NCBI RefSeq assembly: GCF_036245865.1
Contig: NZ_BTTW01000008.1
Span: forward strand, 160,396 to 224,395
Length of the DNA: 64,000 bases
Direction of reading: 5' to 3'
Source: Corallococcus caeni
Lineage (GTDB): Bacteria > Myxococcota > Myxococcia > Myxococcales > Myxococcaceae
The position numbers and the translations under genes are program-made. Positions 45,881 to 54,401 of this stretch are shown here, piece by piece (position 1 is the first letter of the stretch; each line of letters begins with the position of its first letter). Under the pieces are notes generated by a model. The model worked only from the letters and a program-made list of their open reading frames with translations, made no database searches and had not been told where the DNA came from.

Positions 45881-47098
45881 GTGACTGCGGCCAGGATGTA
45901 TCGGGGCAGCAGATCCTCACGGAACTTCCGCCAGACCCGCGGTGAACAGCACGACGAGGTCGAACTTCATGAGATCGGCGATCTGCTATTCATTCGTCTC
46001 GTGACATCCCACGTCGGCCAATACCAGCGCATCCGCCTGCTCGCCGAAGGCATCATCGAGGACCATCTGGCCAAGGCCGCTGGCCCGCAGGGCATCGAGA
46101 AGACGCTGGTGCTCCAGTGCCTCCGGCCGGACATGGCCGAGCAGATGGAGTTCCCGGAGCTGTTCCTCGACACGGCGAGGACCGCCGCCCGGCTCACGCA
46201 CCCGCACCTCGTGAAGGTCTTCGACTTCGGTGCGGCGGACGGCACGTACTTCCTAGCCAGGGAGCACGTCGATGGGATCAGCCTGAGCAGGTTGATCAAG
46301 CACCTGGCGGTCCAGCGGATGACCCTGCCGGCGACGCTGTGCGCGCGCATCATCTCGCAAGCCTGCGAGGGGCTCGCCTATGCCCACGACCTGACCCACC
46401 CCGAGACGCACGAGCCGCTGAGGCTCATCCACCGCTGCATCCGGCCGTACAACATCCTCCTGTCGCGTCAGGGGACGACCAAGGTGGTGGACTTCGGCAT
46501 CGACCATCTCCGGTCCCGGTGGACCCCCGAACACCCGCTCCCCGTCATGAGCAAGTACGTGTACATGGCGCCCGAGGAGATAAGGGGCGAGCGGGCAGAC
46601 CGGCGGGTCGACGTCTACGCGCTCGGAGTGGTGCTCTACGAGTTGCTCACCACGCGCAGGCCCTTTTCGTCCACGTCCGAATGGGATTTGCCTCGGGCCG
46701 TCATGTCCGAGCCCATGGTGCCCGCCGAGCAGCACCGCCCGGACCTGCCCGGAGTCCTGCGAGCCATCCTCGCCCGGGCGCTCGCGAAGGATCGGGACCA
46801 GCGCTACCCGGACTGCCAGGCGTTCCGGGAGGACCTGGAGCAGTTCATCCGCTCGGAGGGTGAGCCGGTGACACCGCGGCAGGTGGCCCAGCTCGTCCAG
46901 CAGATCACCGCGAGCGACGACCCAGCCGTCAGTGCTCCGGCTCCGGACGACCTGGAGACCCAGGCACGGCTCCGCTTGGGACGACGCTGGATCCTCGCGG
47001 CGGCCGTGGGCCTGGGGGTCCTGCTCGGAGGCGGCGCGCTGCTCTGGAAGATGAGCGCTGCGCCCGAGCCCGAGAAGGTCCGCGCTACTCCACCGTGA
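45881..47098 (+). CDS. Ser/Thr kinase-like protein, a predicted pseudokinase, with a C-terminal TM anchor
   Basis: The kinase fold has DFG and APE, but the catalytic loop reads HRCIRPYN instead of HRDLKPxN. No VAIK lysine is evident. A C-terminal helix (WILAAAVGLGVLLGGGALLW) follows. Confidence 0.55.
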   Translation: MTAARMYRGSRSSRNFRQTRGEQHDEVELHEIGDLLFIRLVTSHVGQYQRIRLLAEGIIEDHLAKAAGPQGIEKTLVLQCLRPDMAEQMEFPELFLDTARTAARLTHPHLVKVFDFGAADGTYFLAREHVDGISLSRLIKHLAVQRMTLPATLCARIISQACEGLAYAHDLTHPETHEPLRLIHRCIRPYNILLSRQGTTKVVDFGIDHLRSRWTPEHPLPVMSKYVYMAPEEIRGERADRRVDVYALGVVLYELLTTRRPFSSTSEWDLPRAVMSEPMVPAEQHRPDLPGVLRAILARALAKDRDQRYPDCQAFREDLEQFIRSEGEPVTPRQVAQLVQQITASDDPAVSAPAPDDLETQARLRLGRRWILAAAVGLGVLLGGGALLWKMSAAPEPEKVRATPP

Positions 47099-48536
47099 GC
47101 GGGAACAAGGCGGATGCCGGATGGCCCGTCACCGTGAGGACGCGAGGCTCCTCCTTGTCCTGCCACTGCCAGTATTTGGCCTGCGACTGCCACGAGCACG
47201 GCTCGACGGTGATGGTCAGCGGTCCTGAGCCCTCTCCCCGGGGCTTGAAGGTCACCTCCAGCTCCGCGGTGGCCTCTCCCTCCAGGCCGGCGGCAACCCC
47301 CACGAGATTCACGCGGTTCTCATCCACCATCGGGAGTGGCTGGCCGCGATACCGCACGCTCACGTCCACCACGCGAGCGCCGACGAGCGCCCCGGACACC
47401 CGGATCCGCACGGCCTCACACGAGGTCCCGTCATTGCGCACCACCGAACGCCACGTCTCGGTCACGGGCACGGACACGGTCAGCGGTCCCGAGGAGTGCT
47501 CGGTCCAGTGGAGCGCGGGCGTCTTGTAGCCCACGTGCATGAGCGGCGCGCCCGGGCTCACCGGCCGGTTCGAGGCGTGGAGGCGCAAGGGGGGGCCGGG
47601 CTCGGCGGTGAGCAGGAAGAGCGCGTCACTGTCCTCGGCGCCCACCCACCACCGGTCAGTCCCCGCGGGCGTCACGGACACGATGCGGGGCCACTCTCCC
47701 ACGAGTGTCTCCATCACCTGGAGCCCGGGCAGGGACACCAGGAGGGTCTTGTCCTGCACGAAGAGGAGCGCCCGGGACGCGTCGAGAACGCACACCCCGG
47801 CACCACCCCAGATCAGTTCATCCTCTTCATCGTCATCACCCTCTTGGTCCGGGATGGACCCGAGCAGGGTGCCGTCGAGCGCGAAGTGGAGGAGCGCCGT
47901 CTGCCGGTAGTTGATGACGAGCAGGAGAAGCACGCCCTGGGGAGTGGCTAGGGCCCGCCAGATGTCCTGCTCACCGCCCGGCTCCACCTGAAGCGCGCCC
48001 TCCGGCTGAGTCGCCCCCGGGCGGAGCACGTAGACGCGGCCTCGGCCTTTCTCGAGGACGGTGATGCCAAAGGGGCTCGAGTCGAGGAACGCCCCATCGG
48101 AAACCTGCCGGAGGGGGAGCCCCTCCGAGTATCCGTACCCGTGCGTGGCGTGCACGGGCTTGGGCAAGGTCATGGGCTCCCATCGCTGCCCGGACGCATC
48201 GGTCGCGAAGAGGGTGGTCAGCTTAAGGGCGCCGTCCACCACCGCTCCGACGAGCCGGTCCCCATCGGAGGTGAGATCGAAGCACTCCCTCGGAAAGGCC
48301 AGGACGGGAGCGCTCGCGCCGGCTCCTGCGGAGAAGACACGGCGATCCCCGTTTCCCACCCAGACGTCCTGTCCCTCATTGAGCGCGGCGAGCACCACGG
48401 GCGCGGACGGATGATCCACCACGTCTCCACTGGCCTCCCGGCGCACGCCTTCGGCTCCATGGAAGACGATGAGCCGCTGCGGTCTGAGATCAAACAACCA
48501 CGGTCCACGGGCCAGGAGGCGACGTCTCGGGTACAT
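47085..48536 (-). CDS. Hypothetical protein
   Basis: The 483-aa ORF has GC-rich third codon positions. It is convergent with the pseudokinase and overlaps it by 14 bp. Confidence 0.45.
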   Translation of the reverse strand: MYPRRRLLARGPWLFDLRPQRLIVFHGAEGVRREASGDVVDHPSAPVVLAALNEGQDVWVGNGDRRVFSAGAGASAPVLAFPRECFDLTSDGDRLVGAVVDGALKLTTLFATDASGQRWEPMTLPKPVHATHGYGYSEGLPLRQVSDGAFLDSSPFGITVLEKGRGRVYVLRPGATQPEGALQVEPGGEQDIWRALATPQGVLLLLVINYRQTALLHFALDGTLLGSIPDQEGDDDEEDELIWGGAGVCVLDASRALLFVQDKTLLVSLPGLQVMETLVGEWPRIVSVTPAGTDRWWVGAEDSDALFLLTAEPGPPLRLHASNRPVSPGAPLMHVGYKTPALHWTEHSSGPLTVSVPVTETWRSVVRNDGTSCEAVRIRVSGALVGARVVDVSVRYRGQPLPMVDENRVNLVGVAAGLEGEATAELEVTFKPRGEGSGPLTITVEPCSWQSQAKYWQWQDKEEPRVLTVTGHPASALFPLTVE

Positions 48537-48545
48537 GGGCCTGCA

Positions 48546-48659
48546 TCATACCCACGGACACCCGTCCCCCTGCGGCATCAAGTGTTCCACCTGCCGGTTG
48601 TACTCGGCGGCCACCTTGCTCCGAATGGAACTGGAGGAGGCGAACTTCATCTCGTTCAT
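48546..48659 (-). CDS. Candidate small peptide (37 aa) downstream of the radical SAM gene
   Basis: My hand translation of the minus strand gives MNEMKFASSSSIRSKVAAEYNRQVEHLMPQGDGCPWV. Third-position GC is about 80%. It is co-oriented with the radical SAM gene and has no obvious Shine-Dalgarno sequence. Confidence 0.25.
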   Translation of the reverse strand: MNEMKFASSSSIRSKVAAEYNRQVEHLMPQGDGCPWV

Positions 48660-48700
48660 GAGCGCGCGAGGCTGGATCAATTAACCGGTGATGCTCTTGC

Positions 48701-50068
48701 CTATGCCGAGGGTGACCACCAGCCGGAAGTGTCCGGAAGGGAGACCACCCGCTCCTCCAAGGCTTCGACACAATCCGGATGCCTGCCTTCAGTCTGGCGG
48801 AGTGCTTCCGCGAGCGCCTCCATCCGACTCCACTCCTGTTCTTTGAACGTGTGGCTGCGGATGACGCTTGGGATGGGGGCGTCATTCTCCTCCAGCCCCC
48901 ATCGTGCCCGCTCACGTTCCAGTTGGGTTCCCCGTAGCAACATGAGGGGAAACGCCTTGAGCACGGGCACTTGCCGACGGAGGCAGAAGTCGACCGTTTG
49001 TCGAAAGGACTCCAACGTCTGCTCGGGCAGCCCGAAGATGATGGAAACCTCGAAAGGGATGCCGCGCGCGTGGAGCTTGCGGACTCCTTCCACCACCTTC
49101 TCGAGATGATTCACGCGCTCCACGGCGCGTGCCTCCTTCTCGTGGATGGTCTGCAGGCCAAACTCAAGCCGGACCGCGAGCCCTTCGCAGGCGTCGAGGA
49201 ACTCATCATCCAACGTCGAGAAGTGGCACTGCAAAGACAGCCGTCCGCGATAGTCAAGCCGCTGGAAGGTTCGCAGCACCGCCAGCGCGTGATCCCCGAG
49301 ATTGAAGAGCGGATCCAGCACGGCGATGTCGTTCACTCCCGAGCGCACGAACAGCCCAATCTCTTCCTCAAGCCGAGCCATGGGGAGGTCACGGCGACGC
49401 AACCGGCTGCCGGCCTCCCGGTGCTGGCAGAACGAGCAGCGGAAGGGACACCCGCGCTGGGTTTCCCACCGGATGAACCGTTGCTCCCCTGAAAGTTCAA
49501 TCACGTCTTCGAGGAAGGGGGACGCAAGCGTCTCCAGCTTCGCCTGTGCTTGGACGCCAGCATCCAACTGGCCAGCCCAATGGACTCCTGGAAACCGGAT
49601 TCGATCGGACGTGGCGGCAATCGCCACCATGGCCTCTTCGCCATAACCCCGGACGAATCCATCCGCTTCAGGGTAGAGCTGCTCAAGGCCCGGTCCCGCG
49701 TAGGAGACCTGGGGCCCTCCGAGGATGATACGCCCCGCGAATCCGCTCCGACGCAGCGCCCCCAGAAGCTTCTTCACCACCCGGTCGTTCCACACGTAGA
49801 CGCCAAGGCCCAAGTCTACGTCCCGAGCCTCAAGTCCCCGTGCACCTTCAAGCACGCTCCACAGGATGTGCTCCTCACTGAAGTCAGAGCGATTGATGGC
49901 AAACGAGAACGCTCGCACGTCGACGTTCGCCTTTCGCAGTGCCGCGACGATGGAGGCATGTCCCAGGGGGAGGCGAGGGTCTTTGTCGCGCGTCCAATCA
50001 ATCGAGACCAGAATGACCCGCCGTGGCTGAGGTGGGACAGAAATGACCTCGGAGCTCCGACTGGACAT
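48701..50068 (-). CDS. B12-binding-domain radical SAM protein
   Basis: The 455-aa protein has an N-terminal B12-binding-like domain (RVILVSIDW...). It carries the CPFRCSFC (Cx3Cx2C) radical SAM cluster motif. Confidence 0.8.
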   Translation of the reverse strand: MSSRSSEVISVPPQPRRVILVSIDWTRDKDPRLPLGHASIVAALRKANVDVRAFSFAINRSDFSEEHILWSVLEGARGLEARDVDLGLGVYVWNDRVVKKLLGALRRSGFAGRIILGGPQVSYAGPGLEQLYPEADGFVRGYGEEAMVAIAATSDRIRFPGVHWAGQLDAGVQAQAKLETLASPFLEDVIELSGEQRFIRWETQRGCPFRCSFCQHREAGSRLRRRDLPMARLEEEIGLFVRSGVNDIAVLDPLFNLGDHALAVLRTFQRLDYRGRLSLQCHFSTLDDEFLDACEGLAVRLEFGLQTIHEKEARAVERVNHLEKVVEGVRKLHARGIPFEVSIIFGLPEQTLESFRQTVDFCLRRQVPVLKAFPLMLLRGTQLERERARWGLEENDAPIPSVIRSHTFKEQEWSRMEALAEALRQTEGRHPDCVEALEERVVSLPDTSGWWSPSA

Positions 50069-50256
50069 TTGCTCCCCCAGAAACGGCTCGCGTGGACTGT
50101 TCTGCGGTGCCGATGACTCCGCTCTCTCCGGACGAAAAGGGCCGCGGAAGATTCAACCGCAAGGAGAAGGGCTGGTGAGCCCTCTTATCCAAGTGGAGGA
50201 GATGGTTCTGACCGATTTCACTTCGCCTGTGCATCCCCCATGAGGAGTAGGAACCG

Positions 50257-50310
50257 GATACGAAAACGCCGCCCCACTTCCGATGGACCGGAAGTGGGCG
50301 GCGATGACAC
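50257..50310. repeat. Palindromic repeat element, copy Y (15-16 bp inverted repeat CGCCGCCCCACTTCCG/CGGAAGTGGGCGGCG)
   Basis: It lies downstream of the minus-strand lipoprotein gene. It is about 80% identical by eye to the element at 59708..59768. Confidence 0.55.
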
Positions 50311-50337
50311 TGCTTGGGACCTCGGCGCGGTGACCGG

Positions 50338-51018
50338 CTATTCGGCGTAGTAGGTGGTGACCTGGAAGGCCACGGACATCAACGCACTGGAACCCGTGAG
50401 CTCCACGACGCCACGGTCGATGTCGGAGCGGGTCATCTGGTACTGCGCCGACGCAATCGGGTCGTCGAAGATGGCGTCAACATCAATGACGGTGAACTGG
50501 ATGGGGGCCGAAAGCAGATCGGTACTGAGGACGTCGCATGAGCCCTTCGTCCAGGTGGGGGTGAAGCTCTCAACTTCCTCCGAAGGGGGGACGGCGGCTG
50601 GCGTGTTGGGGCACGACAGCTGAATCACGACATCCGGCGGCGAGCCATCAACGTCCCAGTCGCTGTTGTCAGCGGGATCCAGCGGCGCGATCTGCGCACG
50701 AAGGGGCTGGATCTTCGTGCGGATGGTGGGGGTGTAGCACTGCTGCTTGGAAGGGTGGCACATCATCCCGGTTGTGCACTTGGAGCAGGTGCTGCCGTTA
50801 GGACCGCATGCGTCGGCGGTGCGAGTCATGACGCACTTGTTGGTGGTTGGGTCGCAGCAGCCTTCACAGCTCTCCGCAGTACAAAGCTCGGTGAGCGGAG
50901 GCGGGTCATCCGTGATGGGGTCGGGGCCGCCTGGGCTGAGGTCCTCGGGCCCACATGCGGCAAGCAACAAGAAGGACGCCAAGCCAAGGCAAGTAAGGAT
51001 TCGATGGGTGATTTTCAT
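50338..51018 (-). CDS. Cys-rich lipoprotein (paralogue B)
   Basis: The 226-aa protein has the lipobox LLLAACG. It shares CxxGCC, a DWDxDGSPPDVV block and C-terminal similarity with the 45222..45842 product. Confidence 0.65.
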   Translation of the reverse strand: MKITHRILTCLGLASFLLLAACGPEDLSPGGPDPITDDPPPLTELCTAESCEGCCDPTTNKCVMTRTADACGPNGSTCSKCTTGMMCHPSKQQCYTPTIRTKIQPLRAQIAPLDPADNSDWDVDGSPPDVVIQLSCPNTPAAVPPSEEVESFTPTWTKGSCDVLSTDLLSAPIQFTVIDVDAIFDDPIASAQYQMTRSDIDRGVVELTGSSALMSVAFQVTTYYAE

Positions 51019-51024
51019 TGTCTT

Positions 51025-52782
51025 TTAGTTGAGTTGAAGCACGAGAACGCGGGTACTTTTGTCCATCCGCACTTCGGCCGTTGACATCCTGATCACAGGA
51101 ACGCTCGCAACCTGGGTGCGCCGTCCTCCTGGCGTGGCCGCGAGAACGATGGGCGCGGGGGTTGTAGATGCGAGCGCAGTGACGGTTTGAGGTTCGGCAT
51201 AGCCAACGAGGAAGAGTTCGCCAGTGGCTCGTACACGGTGAACCTCGATTCCGTCTGGCAGGTTCCCGTAGGTCGGAGTGTTGGCGTTGTAGGTTGGAAT
51301 CGAATCCATCCGAAGGAAGGCGTAGCGACCTCTCGGAAGCTGAGCGATCCGCGATCCTCGCTCGGATTCTGACGCAGGCACGACCTGGTGCTGCTGGCGC
51401 ACAGCCCTGATCTGTGTACCTGGAGCCATGGGCACGAAAGCGGAAGGTGGCTGCTCGATGGGACGCACATCCGTCATTGGTGGTGATCCCTTGCCGCTTT
51501 CAGGTCGCTGCGAGACCACGGCAATCCCCCCTGCGATCACCCCTCCCGCGATGACGACCGCGAGCCGACTGGAGCCCGAGCGACTCGGTGTAGCAGGCGG
51601 TGCTGGGACTTGGATGACAGGAGAGACCGTGATGACTGGAGAGACCGTGACAGTCGCGGTGCTCGGCGCTGGCGTTGAGCCAGCCGGCACGGATGGCGCG
51701 GGCTCAGGAGGTTTCGGGGGGCTGTGCGACGTCGGCGCAGTCTGCACCGTGGCGTTGGCGCTTGCGTCGGATCGTGTGGAGGGTGGCGGTGTCGGTTGGC
51801 CCGCGGTTCGAGGGTACGAGAGCTGGGCGCTGGCCGCGCCAAATTGTTTCCGCAGGTCGGGGAAGAACTTGTGGCAGTCGATTCCGCCATAGCAGCGAAG
51901 CCCCTTGCTACCTCTCAGATTGGCGACCCTGCTGAAGAGATTTGGATTGCGGGCCTCAATCACGGCGTCTTCTTCTCCGTAGAACCCCCAGAGGATGTCG
52001 ACGTCCTTGTGTCGATCGACGTCAATGGTTGCGAGGGTCTGGGTGAAGACGTCATCCCACCCGCCGTACCCGATCACGACCAGCGTGTGGTCTTGAAGAA
52101 TCTGGATCAACTCCGCGGAGACGTGTCTGCGCTCGCGACCAAGCTGGATACCCGTGTGTAACGTAGGCGAACGGTGCCAGTAGCCGTGAAGATGGATGAT
52201 GTGTGTGGATTTGGATGAGGCAGGGACTGTCTGCCCAAACGGGATGTCACTGGCCACGATGGTGCGATGGAAATCGCCACCGGCCACCTTCACCGATGCC
52301 GAGATGAGGGGATCAAAGTTCGTGGTCAAGACAGGACCAAACGTCTCAGCTCTTTCCACCAGCAATCTACCGAGGTGCTCCGTCGCGGGCGGCAAGGCCC
52401 ATCCGCCATGGTCCAGATCCAACTGGTCGTCAGTCGCCGCTCCATCGCGTTTGCGGTCCACCCGTGCGCGAAGCACCGCCTCTCGAACAACCCTCTCGGA
52501 GACATCCTTATCGCAATGGCCTTGTACGAAGCGCATGGCCCATTGGTATTTGTTTTCTTTGGTGTACTCGCGCTCCGTGTCGAATTTCGCTTGGAATCCG
52601 GCCGGAACGTGCTCGCGGATGAGATCCAGCATTGCATTCACCCCAGGAACCTGAGGGGCGTCAGCTCGTTCCTGCGTCGACAAGGGAGAGCCCACTAGAA
52701 ACGCGATTTTCCGGTTTTTAGAGGCAGCGATGACAGCGTTTGGGAGCGCATCCTTCGGATGCAGGAACGGGTAGGAACTCAT
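51025..52782 (-). CDS. SIR2-like (SIR2_2 family) protein with a Pro/Thr-rich linker, one TM helix and a C-terminal domain of unknown function
   Basis: The N-terminal roughly 300 aa carry KIAFLVGSPLS (Rossmann), TTNFDPLI (catalytic Asn) and IIHLHGYWH (catalytic His). A TM helix (LAVVIAGGVIAGGIAVV) and a roughly 150-aa C-terminal domain follow. GC content is lower than in the surrounding DNA. Confidence 0.75.
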   Translation of the reverse strand: MSSYPFLHPKDALPNAVIAASKNRKIAFLVGSPLSTQERADAPQVPGVNAMLDLIREHVPAGFQAKFDTEREYTKENKYQWAMRFVQGHCDKDVSERVVREAVLRARVDRKRDGAATDDQLDLDHGGWALPPATEHLGRLLVERAETFGPVLTTNFDPLISASVKVAGGDFHRTIVASDIPFGQTVPASSKSTHIIHLHGYWHRSPTLHTGIQLGRERRHVSAELIQILQDHTLVVIGYGGWDDVFTQTLATIDVDRHKDVDILWGFYGEEDAVIEARNPNLFSRVANLRGSKGLRCYGGIDCHKFFPDLRKQFGAASAQLSYPRTAGQPTPPPSTRSDASANATVQTAPTSHSPPKPPEPAPSVPAGSTPAPSTATVTVSPVITVSPVIQVPAPPATPSRSGSSRLAVVIAGGVIAGGIAVVSQRPESGKGSPPMTDVRPIEQPPSAFVPMAPGTQIRAVRQQHQVVPASESERGSRIAQLPRGRYAFLRMDSIPTYNANTPTYGNLPDGIEVHRVRATGELFLVGYAEPQTVTALASTTPAPIVLAATPGGRRTQVASVPVIRMSTAEVRMDKSTRVLVLQLN

Positions 52783-52822
52783 CGGGAGACGAACGCTATC
52801 AGAAGCGCAGGCGGGTTCGAGT

Positions 52823-54388
52823 TCAGGCGGCCCGCTCGCGTTGACCGCCCTGTTCCTCCTCTTGGAGCGCCAAGGTCTTACGGTACTCCGCCGCCTCCGC
52901 GAGCTGGGTCAGCTCGAACTCCCCGTGGTGCTTGCGCACGGCCTGGGCGATCTCATCCAAGCTGACGCGGAAGAACTCCTTGCGCTCATTGATGCGGTTG
53001 ACGCGCCTGTTCGCGAACGTCCTGTGGAGTGCGTTCTCCAGGGCCGGGGCGTCCGAGGTCCGGATGATGGCGTGGACATCGAACTCGAAGGGCACGGATG
53101 CATCCCCCAGCTCGTCGATGCGGTCCTGGGGCACGAGCCTCCTCGTCATTCCCAGCTTGAACACACCTTCCCCAAACGAGCCGATGTTGGAGATGACGTA
53201 GACGTGCCCCGTCCGCGTGAGCTGGGCCTGGGAGATGGCTCGCTGCTTCTCCAGGTCTTCGGCCACGCGGCGCTCCAGCTCGGCGATGCGTTCCAGCAAC
53301 TTCTGCTGCTCGGAGCCCTTTGCCCGATCGTAGTCCGCCTTCGCCTTCGCCAGGGCCTCGGCGTCACGCTTCGACTCGCGCTCCGCCTCCAGCTTCGCCT
53401 TCTCCAGCTCGCGCTGGGCGGCCTCCTCCTCTCGCATCTGCTCCCGGATGCGGCGCTGTTCGTCCCGCTCCTGTTGCACCTTCTCCGAGTACTCATACGC
53501 GAGCATCAGCTCCTCGACCTTGAGCTTGACGTAGCGCCTGTCGATGACACACCGCTGTATCTCCACAAGGCCATTTATGGCGGCAGCTGCCTTCTCGATG
53601 CGCGTCTCCATTGCCTTCACGTTCTTGTACGAAACCTTCGCGACACACGCATCCGCTTCGCCATTGAAGGCCCGGAGCATCAGCTTCAAGGTACGGTCCG
53701 TCTGCTTCTTGCCCTCCGCCTTGCTGCCATTGACCTCCCACTGGAGAGAGCACGTGGCGGCTTCCTTGTTCTTCAGCATCTGTTTCTGAGAATCGCGGAG
53801 CCTCTCCAGGCGGTCCTCGTATTCCTTCACGGACGAGAGGGCGTACACCGGCTTGTAGAAGCCAAAGGAGAGCAGGACCTCCTCTTCCTCAAGGGCCTTC
53901 AGCTCGGCCTTCAACCGGGCGAGGCTTGACTCCAGGCTGGTTCGCTCGGTGTTCGCCTGCTTTCGCCGCGCTTCCGCCTCCTCCATGGCGCGTGTCGCGC
54001 TCTGGGTCGTCTTCGCCGTCTCTTCACGGATCCGGCTCAGCTCCGCCTTCGCCCGGCTCTGTTCGGCCGCGATGGCTTGCTCCACGTCCGCCTTGGCCCG
54101 GGCCAGCTGGGTTTCCACCCGCTTCTGCTCCGCCGCCAGCGCGTTGTCCGCCTCGCTCCTGGCTTTCGCCAACTCTTCACGGACCCGCTTCTGCTCCGCG
54201 GCAAGCGCAGCGTCCGCGTCCGTGCGCGCCCGCGTCAACTCCTCGGCCACCCGCCGCCGTTCGGCCTCCAGGTCCAGGATGGGCTTGAAGCGCTCCTGGA
54301 CGGCCTTGAGCCGACTTCGTGTCTGGAACCACAACCCGAGGAGCAACAGACTCAATACGCCCAGTCCAACGGCAATCATCGTGGTCAT
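52823..54388 (-). CDS. DUF4041-like coiled-coil protein with a C-terminal T5orf172 (GIY-YIG-like, MUG113) domain and an N-terminal TM helix
   Basis: The start is the internal ATG (MTTMIAVGLGVLSLLLLGLWF) of track ORF 52823..54496, preceded by AGGAGA. It has 22-aa coiled-coil repeats. The C-terminus reads GHVYVISN...FKLGMTRR...DRIDEL...PFEFDVHAII...LHRTFANRRVN...EFF. Confidence 0.8.
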   Translation of the reverse strand: MTTMIAVGLGVLSLLLLGLWFQTRSRLKAVQERFKPILDLEAERRRVAEELTRARTDADAALAAEQKRVREELAKARSEADNALAAEQKRVETQLARAKADVEQAIAAEQSRAKAELSRIREETAKTTQSATRAMEEAEARRKQANTERTSLESSLARLKAELKALEEEEVLLSFGFYKPVYALSSVKEYEDRLERLRDSQKQMLKNKEAATCSLQWEVNGSKAEGKKQTDRTLKLMLRAFNGEADACVAKVSYKNVKAMETRIEKAAAAINGLVEIQRCVIDRRYVKLKVEELMLAYEYSEKVQQERDEQRRIREQMREEEAAQRELEKAKLEAERESKRDAEALAKAKADYDRAKGSEQQKLLERIAELERRVAEDLEKQRAISQAQLTRTGHVYVISNIGSFGEGVFKLGMTRRLVPQDRIDELGDASVPFEFDVHAIIRTSDAPALENALHRTFANRRVNRINERKEFFRVSLDEIAQAVRKHHGEFELTQLAEAAEYRKTLALQEEEQGGQRERAA

Positions 54389-54401
54389 GGTTGTCTCCTG
54401 T

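Noticed and set aside
48469-48684. 71-aa plus-strand ORF in the gap downstream of the radical SAM gene
   Set aside because: Its first 23 codons overlap the start of the 483-aa gene on the other strand. The minus-strand 37-codon ORF fits the local gene orientation better, though the coding strand remains uncertain.
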